Assembly (NCBI GenBank): GCA_963422375.2
Contig: OY729428.2
Coordinates: 480,001 to 544,000 of the forward strand
Length of the DNA: 64,000 nt
Origin: Bryobacterales bacterium
Lineage (GTDB): Bacteria; Acidobacteriota; Terriglobia; Bryobacterales; UBA6623
Reading direction: 5' to 3'
A program made the position numbers and the translations under genes. The notes below the pieces were generated by a model, which was given only the letters and a program-made list of their open reading frames with translations, was not told the origin of the DNA and searched no databases. The first letter of the stretch is position 1, and each line of letters begins with the position of its first letter. Below, in pieces: positions 10,155 through 19,880 of the stretch.

Positions 10155-12932
10155 ATGCGCTTTTCCTGGCACGAGATCCGCAGCCGCGCAGCAGCATTCG
10201 CGAGGGAGTGGGCCGGAGAGGGCTACGAGAAGGGGCAGACACAGCTCTTCTACCGCGACTTCTTCGACGTCTTCGGCGTATCCGTCCGCCGCCTAGCGGC
10301 CTTCGAGGAGCCAGTCCGCAAGCTCGGCGACTGGCGCGGCTACGTCGACCTGTTCTGGAAGGGGGTGCTCCTCGTCGAGCAGAAGAGCGTCGGACGCAGC
10401 CTCGCCCGCACCAAGGAACAGGCCCTCGACTACTTCCCCAATCTCAAGGACTGGGAACTGCCGCGCTACCTCCTTCTGAGCGACTTCCAGTCCTTCGAAC
10501 TCCACGACCTCGAACAAGGCACTGTATCGGCATTCCCTCTCGCCGACCTCCCTTCCCGGACCGAGGAGTTCGGGTTTCTCCTCGGCATCCAGAAGCGTCC
10601 ATTCCAGGAGCAGGACCCGGTCAACATTGCAGCGTCCGAGCTCGTCGGCGGGCTGTTCGATCTGCTTCGCGAGGCCTGTCGCGACGGCGAAGAACTCGAG
10701 CGCTTCCTCGTCCGCCTCGTCTTCTGCCTCTTCGCTGACGACACCGGCATTTTCGAACCTAGGGACGTCTTCGCTGACCTCGTCGAGCACCGCACCCGCG
10801 AGGACGGCTCCGACCTCGGTCGACTCCTAGCCGAGGTCTTTCAAATCCTCAACACTCCCCACGACCGCCGTTCCGCCGCGCTAGATCCAGACCTCGCCGG
10901 CCTGCCCTATGTCGACGGCGAGCTCTTCGAGGAGAGGCTGCTCGTCCAGTCCTTCGATGCCCGCATGCGCCGACGCCTTCTGGAGACCTGCGCCTTCGAC
11001 TGGTCGCAGATCTCCCCGGCCGTGTTCGGGTCCCTCTTCCAGTCCGTGATGGACCCGCAGCAGCGCCGCCGGCAGGGCGCCCACTACACCACCGAGCGCA
11101 ACATCCTCAAGGTCATCGAGCCCCTCCTGCTCGACGTCCTGCGCGCCCAGTTCGCCCGCCTCAAGGCCCGCCGCGACAGCCGCCGCCGCGTCGAGCTGGC
11201 CGCCTTCCAGCAGCGTCTCGGCACGATTCGCTGCTTCGACCCCGCCTGCGGCTGCGGCAACTTCCTCGTTATTGCCTACCGCGAATTGCGCCTGCTGGAA
11301 ATCGAGGTCATCCGCGAACTGCGCAACCACGCCGCTGTCCCCGGCCAGCAGGTCATCGACGCGCCCGCCCTGTCGCTAATCGACGTGGACCAGTTCTACG
11401 GCATCGAGCTCGGGGAGCTACCGGCCCGCATCGCCGAGACGGCGCTGTGGATGATGGACCACATCATGAACAACCGGCTCAGCCTGGAATTCGGGCAGAG
11501 CTACGTCCGCATCCCCCTGCGCACTTCGTCGCGGATCGTGCAGGCCGACGCCTTGGAGACGGACTGGGAGTCGGTCCTCAAACCCGAGCGCTGCACCTGT
11601 GTGCTAGGCAATCCGCCGTTCGCGGGCGCGAAGCTGCAGAGCGAGCGGCAGCGCGCCCAAGTACGGCAGCTCGCCGGGCTAGGCCCGAACGGCGGGACGC
11701 TCGACTACGTCGCGGCATGGTTCCTCAAGGCAGGCGAGTACGTGCGGCGCGGGGCGGCCCGCATCGGCTTCGTGGCGACCAACTCCCTGACGCAGGGCGA
11801 GCAGGTGGCCCAGCTGTGGCCCGCGCTCTACGAGCGATTCGGTCTCGAGATCAGCTTCGCCCACCGCACGTTCGCGTGGGGCTCCGACGCCCGAGGCATG
11901 GCGCACGTGCATGTCGTTGTCCTTGGCCTCGCCAAGGCCAGCCAGGTTCCCAAGGTCAAACGGCTCTACTCCTACCCGGACATCAAGGGCGAACCCAGCG
12001 AGAGCCGCCACCGGGCGCTGTCCCCGTACATCTTCAGCGCGGACGGCCTACCGGATCCGCATGCCGTAGTGCGGGAGTCGGCGCGCCAGCTCAACGGGCT
12101 CCCGCAGATGCGCAACGGTTCGCAGCCGATCGACGACGGCAACTACATCCTGACCGAGGAACAGCGCAGCGCGCTGGTTGCCGAAGATCCGCGCATCGCA
12201 ACCTTCCTGCGCCCGTACGTGGGAGCGCAGGAACACATCCGAGGGAACCGCCGCTGGATTCTCTTCCTGCGGGACGCGTCGCCTGCGGACCTCAGAGCGA
12301 TGCCCGGCGTGGTGGAGCGGATGCGGGCCGTCAGGAAGTATCGCAGCCAGAGCAAACGCAAGAGCACTCTTGCCCTAGCAGACTTGCCGGCACGATACAA
12401 TGTCGAGGTCGTCCCAGCCGCTCCGTTTCTCGTAGTGCCGCGCGTGAGTTCCGAGAGACGCGAATACATTCCGCTCGGATGGGAGCAGCCGCCCGCGATT
12501 CCTAGCGACGCTGTACTGATCATCGAGAACGCCTCCGTCCCGGTGTTCGGCCTGCTCACCTCAGCCCTGCACATGAGCTGGCTGCGGAATATTGCGGGAA
12601 GGCTCAAGAGTGACTATCGCTATTCGATTGGACTCGTCTACAACACCTTTCCGACGCCTTACGAGGCCCTAGCAAGGCTCGAGAGCCTGGAACCTCTCGC
12701 GCAGTCCGTGCTTGATGCACGCGCACGGCACGCCGACTGCACGCTGGAAGATCTGTACGATCCGGATCTCATGCCCGACAATCTCAGGGAAGCGCATCGC
12801 GACCTTGACCGGGCAGCGGATAAACTATATCGCAACAAGCAGTTCGCGTCCGATACCGAGCGCTTCGAGCATCTCATTGCCCTGTACGCAGCCTCAGCCT
12901 CCCGGGCCAACGCTGGATCCGACAAGATCTGA
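10155..12932 (+). CDS. MmeI/YeeA-family Type IIL restriction-modification enzyme (endonuclease, m6A methyltransferase, TRD)
   Basis: N-terminal YVDLFWKG...EQKS nuclease, GAHYT, motif I DPACGCGNFL, motif IV GNPPF, TRD VSSERREYIP...RLKSDYRYS. Confidence 0.93.
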   Translation: MRFSWHEIRSRAAAFAREWAGEGYEKGQTQLFYRDFFDVFGVSVRRLAAFEEPVRKLGDWRGYVDLFWKGVLLVEQKSVGRSLARTKEQALDYFPNLKDWELPRYLLLSDFQSFELHDLEQGTVSAFPLADLPSRTEEFGFLLGIQKRPFQEQDPVNIAASELVGGLFDLLREACRDGEELERFLVRLVFCLFADDTGIFEPRDVFADLVEHRTREDGSDLGRLLAEVFQILNTPHDRRSAALDPDLAGLPYVDGELFEERLLVQSFDARMRRRLLETCAFDWSQISPAVFGSLFQSVMDPQQRRRQGAHYTTERNILKVIEPLLLDVLRAQFARLKARRDSRRRVELAAFQQRLGTIRCFDPACGCGNFLVIAYRELRLLEIEVIRELRNHAAVPGQQVIDAPALSLIDVDQFYGIELGELPARIAETALWMMDHIMNNRLSLEFGQSYVRIPLRTSSRIVQADALETDWESVLKPERCTCVLGNPPFAGAKLQSERQRAQVRQLAGLGPNGGTLDYVAAWFLKAGEYVRRGAARIGFVATNSLTQGEQVAQLWPALYERFGLEISFAHRTFAWGSDARGMAHVHVVVLGLAKASQVPKVKRLYSYPDIKGEPSESRHRALSPYIFSADGLPDPHAVVRESARQLNGLPQMRNGSQPIDDGNYILTEEQRSALVAEDPRIATFLRPYVGAQEHIRGNRRWILFLRDASPADLRAMPGVVERMRAVRKYRSQSKRKSTLALADLPARYNVEVVPAAPFLVVPRVSSERREYIPLGWEQPPAIPSDAVLIIENASVPVFGLLTSALHMSWLRNIAGRLKSDYRYSIGLVYNTFPTPYEALARLESLEPLAQSVLDARARHADCTLEDLYDPDLMPDNLREAHRDLDRAADKLYRNKQFASDTERFEHLIALYAASASRANAGSDKI

Positions 12933-13121
12933 TTCATCGCTCCGACGTAGGCAGAGTACTTGGATAATGGAGAATATCGGTTCTTTCGTATCTTCGTATC
13001 GGCTTGTGGACTGACTTGGATGGATCGGATTCTAGCCACCAACTGGACGAATAGTCGACACATATACGAGGCGCTTGATGACGGACAGCCATCGTACTCT
13101 CTGGATTCTCAACCTAGGCTA

Positions 13122-14991
13122 GTGCTTGTGACAAAACCCTGATATTTTGGGTATTCTAGCTGATAGATCCCCACCAAATGATAGCTATGGAAGAAACAGG
13201 CTGCGCCAATTACCCGAACTCATTGCCTCATATTCCATTTTCATTGTGAGGATACAGTTAGTTCTGTTCTAGTTGTACACTTTTCCTCAACCTTGTCTCT
13301 TCAAGGTTTCAATTCAGGGCAATTCAGATCGCTGCCGACTGCCTATGCAGCCAGCGGCAAGGGTCCCGTCTTGAGACGCTCCCTCTCTCTGTCGCGCTCT
13401 CTGTCGCGCACGATCCGGCCCACTCGATGCACGTTCGCCGCCAGGACCGCCAGCCCGATCATCCGCTCGAATCCCTCCGCTCCCCGGTCCGTCACCCTGT
13501 CCGGACCGCGGCACTCGAGATTGTTGATCGCGGATTCCACGGCCGGGTGCGCCTGCCTCGCTGCCACGAATTCGGGCGCGCCTTCCGTCTCCTTCGCCGC
13601 CTTCGACAGCCTCCCCTTCCGCGGCATCGCGTGGCAAGACAGCAGTTCCGCCAAGCGCGTCCGGTTCGCCGGGCTGCGAAAGCCCTTGTCGAAGCTGCAG
13701 CTCGACAACCCCGCGTACAGCCCCTGCGCCCCCTCGACTATTCCCACCGCTACGTCCGCGTCGCTCCCCTTCCACATCACTTCGTGATTCATCACGAATC
13801 GGTGCTCGCTTTCCACGATGCATGCCGGAACGCCCGGCTCCACCGGCACCCCCGCTTTTCCTTTCACGCACCAGCGCGTGTGTTCCTCGAAGATCGAGAA
13901 CACTTTCTCCTCGTGCGGGATCTTCTCCCCCCGCAGCACGCGCCGCTCCACCGGGTCCGCCAGGAGCTGCACGCACCCGAGGTAACTCCTTGCCGCTCCC
14001 AAGGTTCCCTCGTCTTCCCCGGCCCGCTCCAGGGCCGCCAGCGCACCCTCCGCCCGCCGCGCTATCTCCAGGGCCGCCTCCAGGTACGACCGCACCCTCT
14101 CCGGGTTGCCTTTCCTCCTCTTCGCCTGCCGCACCCGGTTGAATTCCTGCTTCAGCGTCTTCGGCAGCCGCGCGCTCTGCCGCCAGCCGGCGATGCCGCG
14201 CCCCTTGCACAGCGGCGCAATAGAGCGAATCAGGCAGCGCAACGCGTCCCGCAGCAGACTCACGTCCGTCGGGCAATGCACGTTCGTTTCCACCGCGAAA
14301 GAGTCGCACCGCGCCTTCAGCGGATCGCCTTCCTCGCACCCCGCCAGCGCGTGCCCCTCCTGCGCGACCAGCCGATTGATTTCCGCGAGGAGGTCGGGCG
14401 TGAGAAGCTTCGGATTCCGGTTGACTGTCCGGTAGCTGAACACCTGCTCGTCGAGCGTCGCGTTCAGACCGAGGAAGCGCCGGACGTCCGCGTGCTTGTT
14501 CGCCAGCTCCGTCACGCGGCCGCAGTCGCAATTCAATCCCTGCTTGAGCAGGCCCGGGACGAGAATGTTCCACAGCTGCATGCCAGGACGACCGACAGCA
14601 GGGTTGATCCTGCCGGACTCGCCTGCGGAAGGATCGCTTCCGTTCTCGCCGTTCCCGCCGTTCCCGCTACTCTCGCCGAGGCCGAGGATACGGCTCTCGA
14701 GCAGTCCGAAAACCCTGTCCCGCAACTCCTCGGTGCGATAGATGAATTGTATTCCTAGCAAGATGGCCGGGATATCGTCGCGGGAACGGACGTCGAGATC
14801 GATATCCTCGATTGCAGTCCGGCCAAGGGTGAGCTGGATCTCCTGAACGGTCCTCACGGGCGGTTCCTCAACGAAGATTGTCGCTTGACCGCCGGAAGCG
14901 CGCAAGCCGGCCCGGATCGCCCCGATCTTCGTCCCACGGACCTGCTGCAACCGCCCGGAAACTAAGGGCTTGCGCGTTCTGTCACAAGCAC
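13122..14991 (-). mobile_element. ISNCY (ISDol1-like) insertion sequence, complete ends
   Basis: 16-bp inverted repeats GTGCTTGTGACA(A/G)AAC; 7-bp direct repeat TAGGCTA at 13115-13121 and 14992-14998; 1870 bp. Confidence 0.88.
13343..14857 (-). CDS. DDE transposase (ISNCY/ISDol1-like), probably decaying
   Basis: SRDDIP, RCDSFAVET, EKVFSIFEEHT, SFDKGF and HPAVESAIN motifs; GTG start at 14857 preceded by GAGGAA. Confidence 0.85.
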   Translation of the reverse strand: MRTVQEIQLTLGRTAIEDIDLDVRSRDDIPAILLGIQFIYRTEELRDRVFGLLESRILGLGESSGNGGNGENGSDPSAGESGRINPAVGRPGMQLWNILVPGLLKQGLNCDCGRVTELANKHADVRRFLGLNATLDEQVFSYRTVNRNPKLLTPDLLAEINRLVAQEGHALAGCEEGDPLKARCDSFAVETNVHCPTDVSLLRDALRCLIRSIAPLCKGRGIAGWRQSARLPKTLKQEFNRVRQAKRRKGNPERVRSYLEAALEIARRAEGALAALERAGEDEGTLGAARSYLGCVQLLADPVERRVLRGEKIPHEEKVFSIFEEHTRWCVKGKAGVPVEPGVPACIVESEHRFVMNHEVMWKGSDADVAVGIVEGAQGLYAGLSSCSFDKGFRSPANRTRLAELLSCHAMPRKGRLSKAAKETEGAPEFVAARQAHPAVESAINNLECRGPDRVTDRGAEGFERMIGLAVLAANVHRVGRIVRDRERDRERERLKTGPLPLAA

Positions 14992-15533
14992 TAGGCTATC
15001 CCAAACTGACCAAGAGTATCGCGTCGAAGCCCGAGCCAAGGCGGAACGTGTGGGCCGATCCGGGCCGACGGGCTGGCCGTAGCGCTCTCGGAAGAGCTTG
15101 TGGCGAGCCGTCGCGGATTGATGGATCGGGCCCTCCGTGCAGGCATGTTACCGCGCGTGACGGTGCCGCCCGCGGTAGCGGCTCGCTTGCGTACGACCGG
15201 CACCCTTGACCCTGCCGATTCGGCTGGCGCCCGGCACGCTGGCAATCCGGCGCGTCGCAGCGGGTCCGATGCGGGCTTGCCGAACTCGGCGGAACCCAGC
15301 CCGCTGGGACGGGCACCTGGAGCGGTGCGGTCACCGCCGGTGAGGCCGATTGACTGCGACGGCTGCAGCCACCGTCCTTGGAACCCGGACCAGGCAGTTG
15401 CGCACAACCCGGGGCTCGGACAACCGTAGCTTCGGCCAGACAGCCGACGCACGAGCCGCTAAGCGGCGTCACGGATGCCTGCGATTCCAGCGCCCCGCGT
15501 GGCGGGCACCAATGCCGGCGAATGCCTGCGGAT

Positions 15534-16076
15534 CTAGGCCCCTGCCGGGCGCGAAGGTAGAGTCGGCAGGATCGCGTCGACCATGCGCAGGTCCGTATCG
15601 GGCCCCCCCACGCAGTTGAGCTCCTCGATTAGCGCCCCGAACGCCTTGTCGCGGGCCCGCGAGGAGCGCTCCGGCAGGCGGATGGCGAGAGTGCCTGCAG
15701 CCAAGTCCGGCTGCTGGCTGGCAGCGCTGCGGAACAGCGCCTGCAGCAGCTCGCGGGCCATCTCGGGCTTGCCAAGCTCGGGCGCGACCGCCATGGCCGT
15801 CTCCGCCGGTACGCCACCATACCCACGGCTTCGAGCAGGTGGCGCATCGGCTGGGGCACGGCTTCCAAGCGGTCCTCTGGGTCCAGTGTGCTTTCCAAGG
15901 CGTGCTCCTCGCAGTGCCGCACGCCCCACTCCAAGCCCCTCACCAGCGTTTCGACCGCGACGATCTCGGCTCTCAGCCGCCGGGCCTTGTTGTTGCCAGT
16001 GTCGTCTTCCCTGGCCAGCCGGGTGCGCAAGGTGTACAAGTGGCCCCGGCAGCAAGAGAGCTGCCGCTTGACTCAC
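15534..16076 (-). pseudogene. Frameshifted C-terminal remnant of a putative transposase
   Basis: Two frames join as VGMVAYR/AETAMA...LLQALF...PDLAAGTLAIRL...LIEELN...TDLRMV, resembling a putative-transposase C-terminus. Confidence 0.6.
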
Positions 16077-16101
16077 CGGTCCAGTTGCAGCCGCGGCGCC
16101 T

Positions 16102-17016
16102 CTAGAGCACGGGCTCGAAGCGAGCCATCAGCGTCTCAAGTTCCTTGACCTCTTCCGGGCGGATTTCGGGAAGGGGAGGGCGCACGGGACCGGCCGGCTT
16201 TCCCAAGATCTCCATTGCCTTCTTCATCACGCTCACCTCGTACCCCTTGCGCCGGGCGCGCATGGCGTAGAGCGGCAGCACGTAGTTCCTCATCAGGCGT
16301 CCGAGGCTCGGGTAGTCAAGCATCGAGGCTCGCTCGTGCAGTTGGAGCGAGAGACGCGGCGCGATCGTGGCAATGCTCGAAGTGTAGGTCCGAATGCCGA
16401 TCGAGTAGTAGCCCGGCACCATGTCGTCGCCGATGCCGCCGATCCAGTGCAGCCGGTCTCGGCACCGCTCCATGACGCGCTGGTAGTTGCGGATATCCCC
16501 CTGCCCCTCCTTGAGCGCGACTAGATTGGGGATCTCCTGGGTCAAGCGAAACACCTGGGACGGGGTGAGGTTGACCGTATCCCGGGAGTAAAGGAAGAGA
16601 CCTAGGTCGACGGCGCTGCCGATCGCCTGGTAGTACCGCAGTAGACCCTCGAAATCCGCGTGCGGGTAATAGGGCGGGAACATCAGGATTCCGTCAGCGC
16701 CGGCGGCTTGGGCCCTCTTGGCGAGCTCCACTGACAGACCGCCGCCGAAACCGACGCCCGCGATCACTGGCGTCCGTCCGCCCGCCTCCACGACCGTGGC
16801 CTCGACCAGCTGCAGGTGCTCGTCCGGAGTAAGCGAGTACAGCTCGCCAGTGCCTCCGGCGGCAACCACGGCGCACAGCGGGAACTTCACCATGGCGGCA
16901 ACATTGGTGCGATAGCCGTCGATGTCGAGGGTGTAGTCCGCCTTGAAGTTGGTGACCGGAAAGGCGATCACACCTTCCAAGCCGCCGCGAAGTTCCGATG
17001 GCGTCATACCGTCCAT
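16102..17016 (-). CDS. DapA family, 5-dehydro-4-deoxyglucarate dehydratase-like
   Basis: FPVT, AGGTGELYSL, MFPPYY, LYSRD and ALKEG motifs; start 17016 or 17007. Confidence 0.85.
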   Translation of the reverse strand: MDGMTPSELRGGLEGVIAFPVTNFKADYTLDIDGYRTNVAAMVKFPLCAVVAAGGTGELYSLTPDEHLQLVEATVVEAGGRTPVIAGVGFGGGLSVELAKRAQAAGADGILMFPPYYPHADFEGLLRYYQAIGSAVDLGLFLYSRDTVNLTPSQVFRLTQEIPNLVALKEGQGDIRNYQRVMERCRDRLHWIGGIGDDMVPGYYSIGIRTYTSSIATIAPRLSLQLHERASMLDYPSLGRLMRNYVLPLYAMRARRKGYEVSVMKKAMEILGKPAGPVRPPLPEIRPEEVKELETLMARFEPVL

Positions 17017-17174
17017 TGTGGCACCGGCCGAACTTGTGCCGGGCTGCCGAACTTCTGTCGGAACGCACGTCGCATCCGATGGCCCTGCAAATCCGATGCA
17101 GTACGCTTGATGGAGCACTGCCACGATCCCGTCCGGCCGAGCGAGGATTCCCACCGTCCCGCTAGAGGCACTGC

Positions 17175-19247
17175 ATCCGCCTGTCCTGGTACGAGATCCG
17201 CAGCCGCGCGGCAGCATTTGCGCGCGAATGGGAGGGGGAAGACTACGAAAAGGGGCAGACCCAGCTCTTCTATCGGGCCTTATTCGATGTCTTCGGCGTG
17301 TCGGTCCGACGCCTCGCCGGCTTCGAGGAGCCAGTCCGCAAGCTCGGCGACCGCCGCGGCTACGTCGACCTGTTCTGGAAGGGCGTGCTCCTCGTCCAGC
17401 AGAAGAGCACCGGAGGCAGCCTCGCCCGGGCCAAGGAACAGGACCTCGAATACTTCCCCTACCTCAAGGGCTGGGAACTCCCGCGCTATGTCCTCCTCAG
17501 CGACTTCCAGTCCTTCGAGCTCCATGACTTGGACCAAGGCTCGGTATCGGCCTTCGCCCTAGCCGACTTCCCCGGCCATGTCGAGGAGTTCGAATTCCTC
17601 CTTGGGATCGAGAAGCGCTCCTTCAAGGACCAAGACCCTGCCAACATCCAAGCGTCCGAACTGGTCGGCGGCCTCTACGACCTGCTCCGAGCGGCTTCCC
17701 GCGACGGCGCCGAACTTGAGCGCTTCCTCGTCCGCCTCGTCTTCTGCCTGTTCGCCGACGACACCGGCATTTTCGGACCTAGGGACGTCTTCTCCGACCT
17801 CGTCGAGCACCGCACCCGCGAGGACGGCTCCGACCTCGGCCGACTCCTAGCGGAGGTCTTCCAAGTTCTCGACACGCCGCCCGAGCGCCGTTCCGCCTCC
17901 CTCGATCCCGACCTCGCGGGCCTGCCCCACGTCGACGGCGATCTATTCCGAGAGCACCTGCCCATCCAGTCCTTCGATACATCCATGCGCCGTCGCCTGC
18001 TGGAGGCCTGCGCCTTCGATTGGTCGCAAATCTCCCCTGCCGTCTCCGGGTCCCTCTTCCGGTCCGTAATGGACCCGCGGCAGCGCCGGCGGCAAGGCGC
18101 CCACTACACCACCGAGCGCAACATCCTCATGGTCATCGAGCCCCTCCTGCTCGACGACCTGCGCGCCCAGGGGAGCTGCCGGCCCGCATCACCGAGACGG
18201 CGCTGTGGATGATGGACCACATCATGAACAACCGGCTCAGCCTGGAATTCGGGCAGAGCTACGTCCGCATCCCTCTGCGCGCTTCGTCGCGGATCGTGCA
18301 GGCCGACGCCTTGGAGACGGACTGGAAGAGGGTCCTCGAGCCCGACCGCTGCACCTGCGTGCTGGGCAATCCGCCCTTCGCAGGCGCGAAGCTGCAGAGC
18401 GAGCGGCGGCGCGCCCAAGTGCGGCAGCTCGCGGGGCTGGGCCCGAGCGGCGGCACGCTCGACTACGTGCCGGCATGGTTCTTGCAGGCAGGCGAGTACG
18501 TGCGGCGGGGCTCGGCCCGCATCGGCTTCGTGGCAACCAACTCCCTGACGCAGGGCGAGCAGGTGGCCCAGTTGTGGCCCGCACTGTACGAGCGATTCGG
18601 ACTTGAGATCAGCTTCGCCCACCGCACCTTCGCGTGGGGCTCCGACGCGCGCGGCATGGCGCATCTGCATGTCGTGGTGATCGGCCTCGACAAGGCTGAC
18701 CAAGCGCCAAAGGTCAAGCGCCTGTACTCCTATCCGGACAGCAGGGGCGAGCCCAGCGAGAGCCGCCACCAGGCGCTCTCGCCGTACCTAGTGGGAGCGG
18801 ACGGCTTGCCCGACCCCCATGCGGTCGTGCGCGAGACGTCCCGGCAGGTCGGCGGGCTGCCGCCGATGCGCAGCGGGTCGCAGCCCATCGACAACGGCAA
18901 CTTCATCTTTGACGAAGCAGAGCGAGCGGCTTTCCTCGCCGAAGAGCCGGGCGCGGCGCGGTTCCTGCGCCCGTTCGTCGGGAGCCACGACTTCCTGCGC
19001 GGCGAGAGGCGCTGGATCCTAGCGCTGCAAGACGCCTCCCCCGAGGAACTCAAGAGCATGCCACGAGTGATCGAGAGAACCCGGGCAGTGCGGACGTTCC
19101 GGAAGCGGAGCCGAAGGAACGGACCGAGCAGTTGACCGGCTATACCGGAGGAGGAATCGTTTTGCGTCCGATGCGGAGAGATTCAAGCATCTCTTAACTC
19201 TGCACACGGCCGCGATTACACCGTTTTTCCACACAGATAAGAATTGA
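17175..19247 (+). pseudogene. Second, disabled MmeI-family RM gene
   Basis: Colinear with 10155-12932 (offset 7020, then 6758); ATG replaced by ATC; 262-bp frameshifting deletion removes motif I; about 440 bp of the TRD missing near 19120. Confidence 0.92.
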
Positions 19248-19880
19248 TATTTTGGAATTATCCATCGAGATATTGGGAGATAATTCACGCCAATCTAGCA
19301 GCATATACATGAGAGTTATGCGCTAATATTCCACTCAAGTGTCGGCCCCATGGCGTCACACATAGGAGTCTTTCATCTGGTGGAATCTACCTTCTAGATC
19401 ACTCTTGCCAGTGCCGATGTTCCAGGGCGAACGCAGCGTCGTCCGGGGCGTGAGGGCTAACTGATCAGTTTGATATACGGAGCGATTTCCGCGCCGGTCG
19501 ACGCGAAACCCCTCAGGCCCGCCCGGAGCGTTGCTCCTCAGTCAATGCGGGACGCTCGCGACATGCAGTCCGGCAGCTGCCTGGCGATCTCTGCAATCCG
19601 GATCTGCGGCAGCGAGATCTGAATACGGCGCAGCGCGAGCTAGCGCGAGCTAGATCGAGGGGTGGATCGGCTCGATCGACGCAGGCCCTCCGCTTCCGGC
19701 ACGGAACCGCTCCGGCAACTCCCGGGGCGGCGCGCGGCGACTCTCAAATCAACAGACAGGCAAGGACTCGCAGGCGGGCACTCTCGGCCAATGCGGCGGG
19801 CACCGGCAAATTAGCGCCCGGCGAGCCCTGCAACATGCGATTTCGCGCGGATCCCGGGGGATTCCTCCTGTACGATACAG

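Noticed and set aside
12960..15082. Gene interrupted by the ISDol1-like IS
   Set aside because: Rejoined flanks give only a short ORF with no recognisable motif
10155..19247. Invertible RM shufflon
   Set aside because: The copies are in direct orientation, and no site-specific recombinase or inverted repeats were seen
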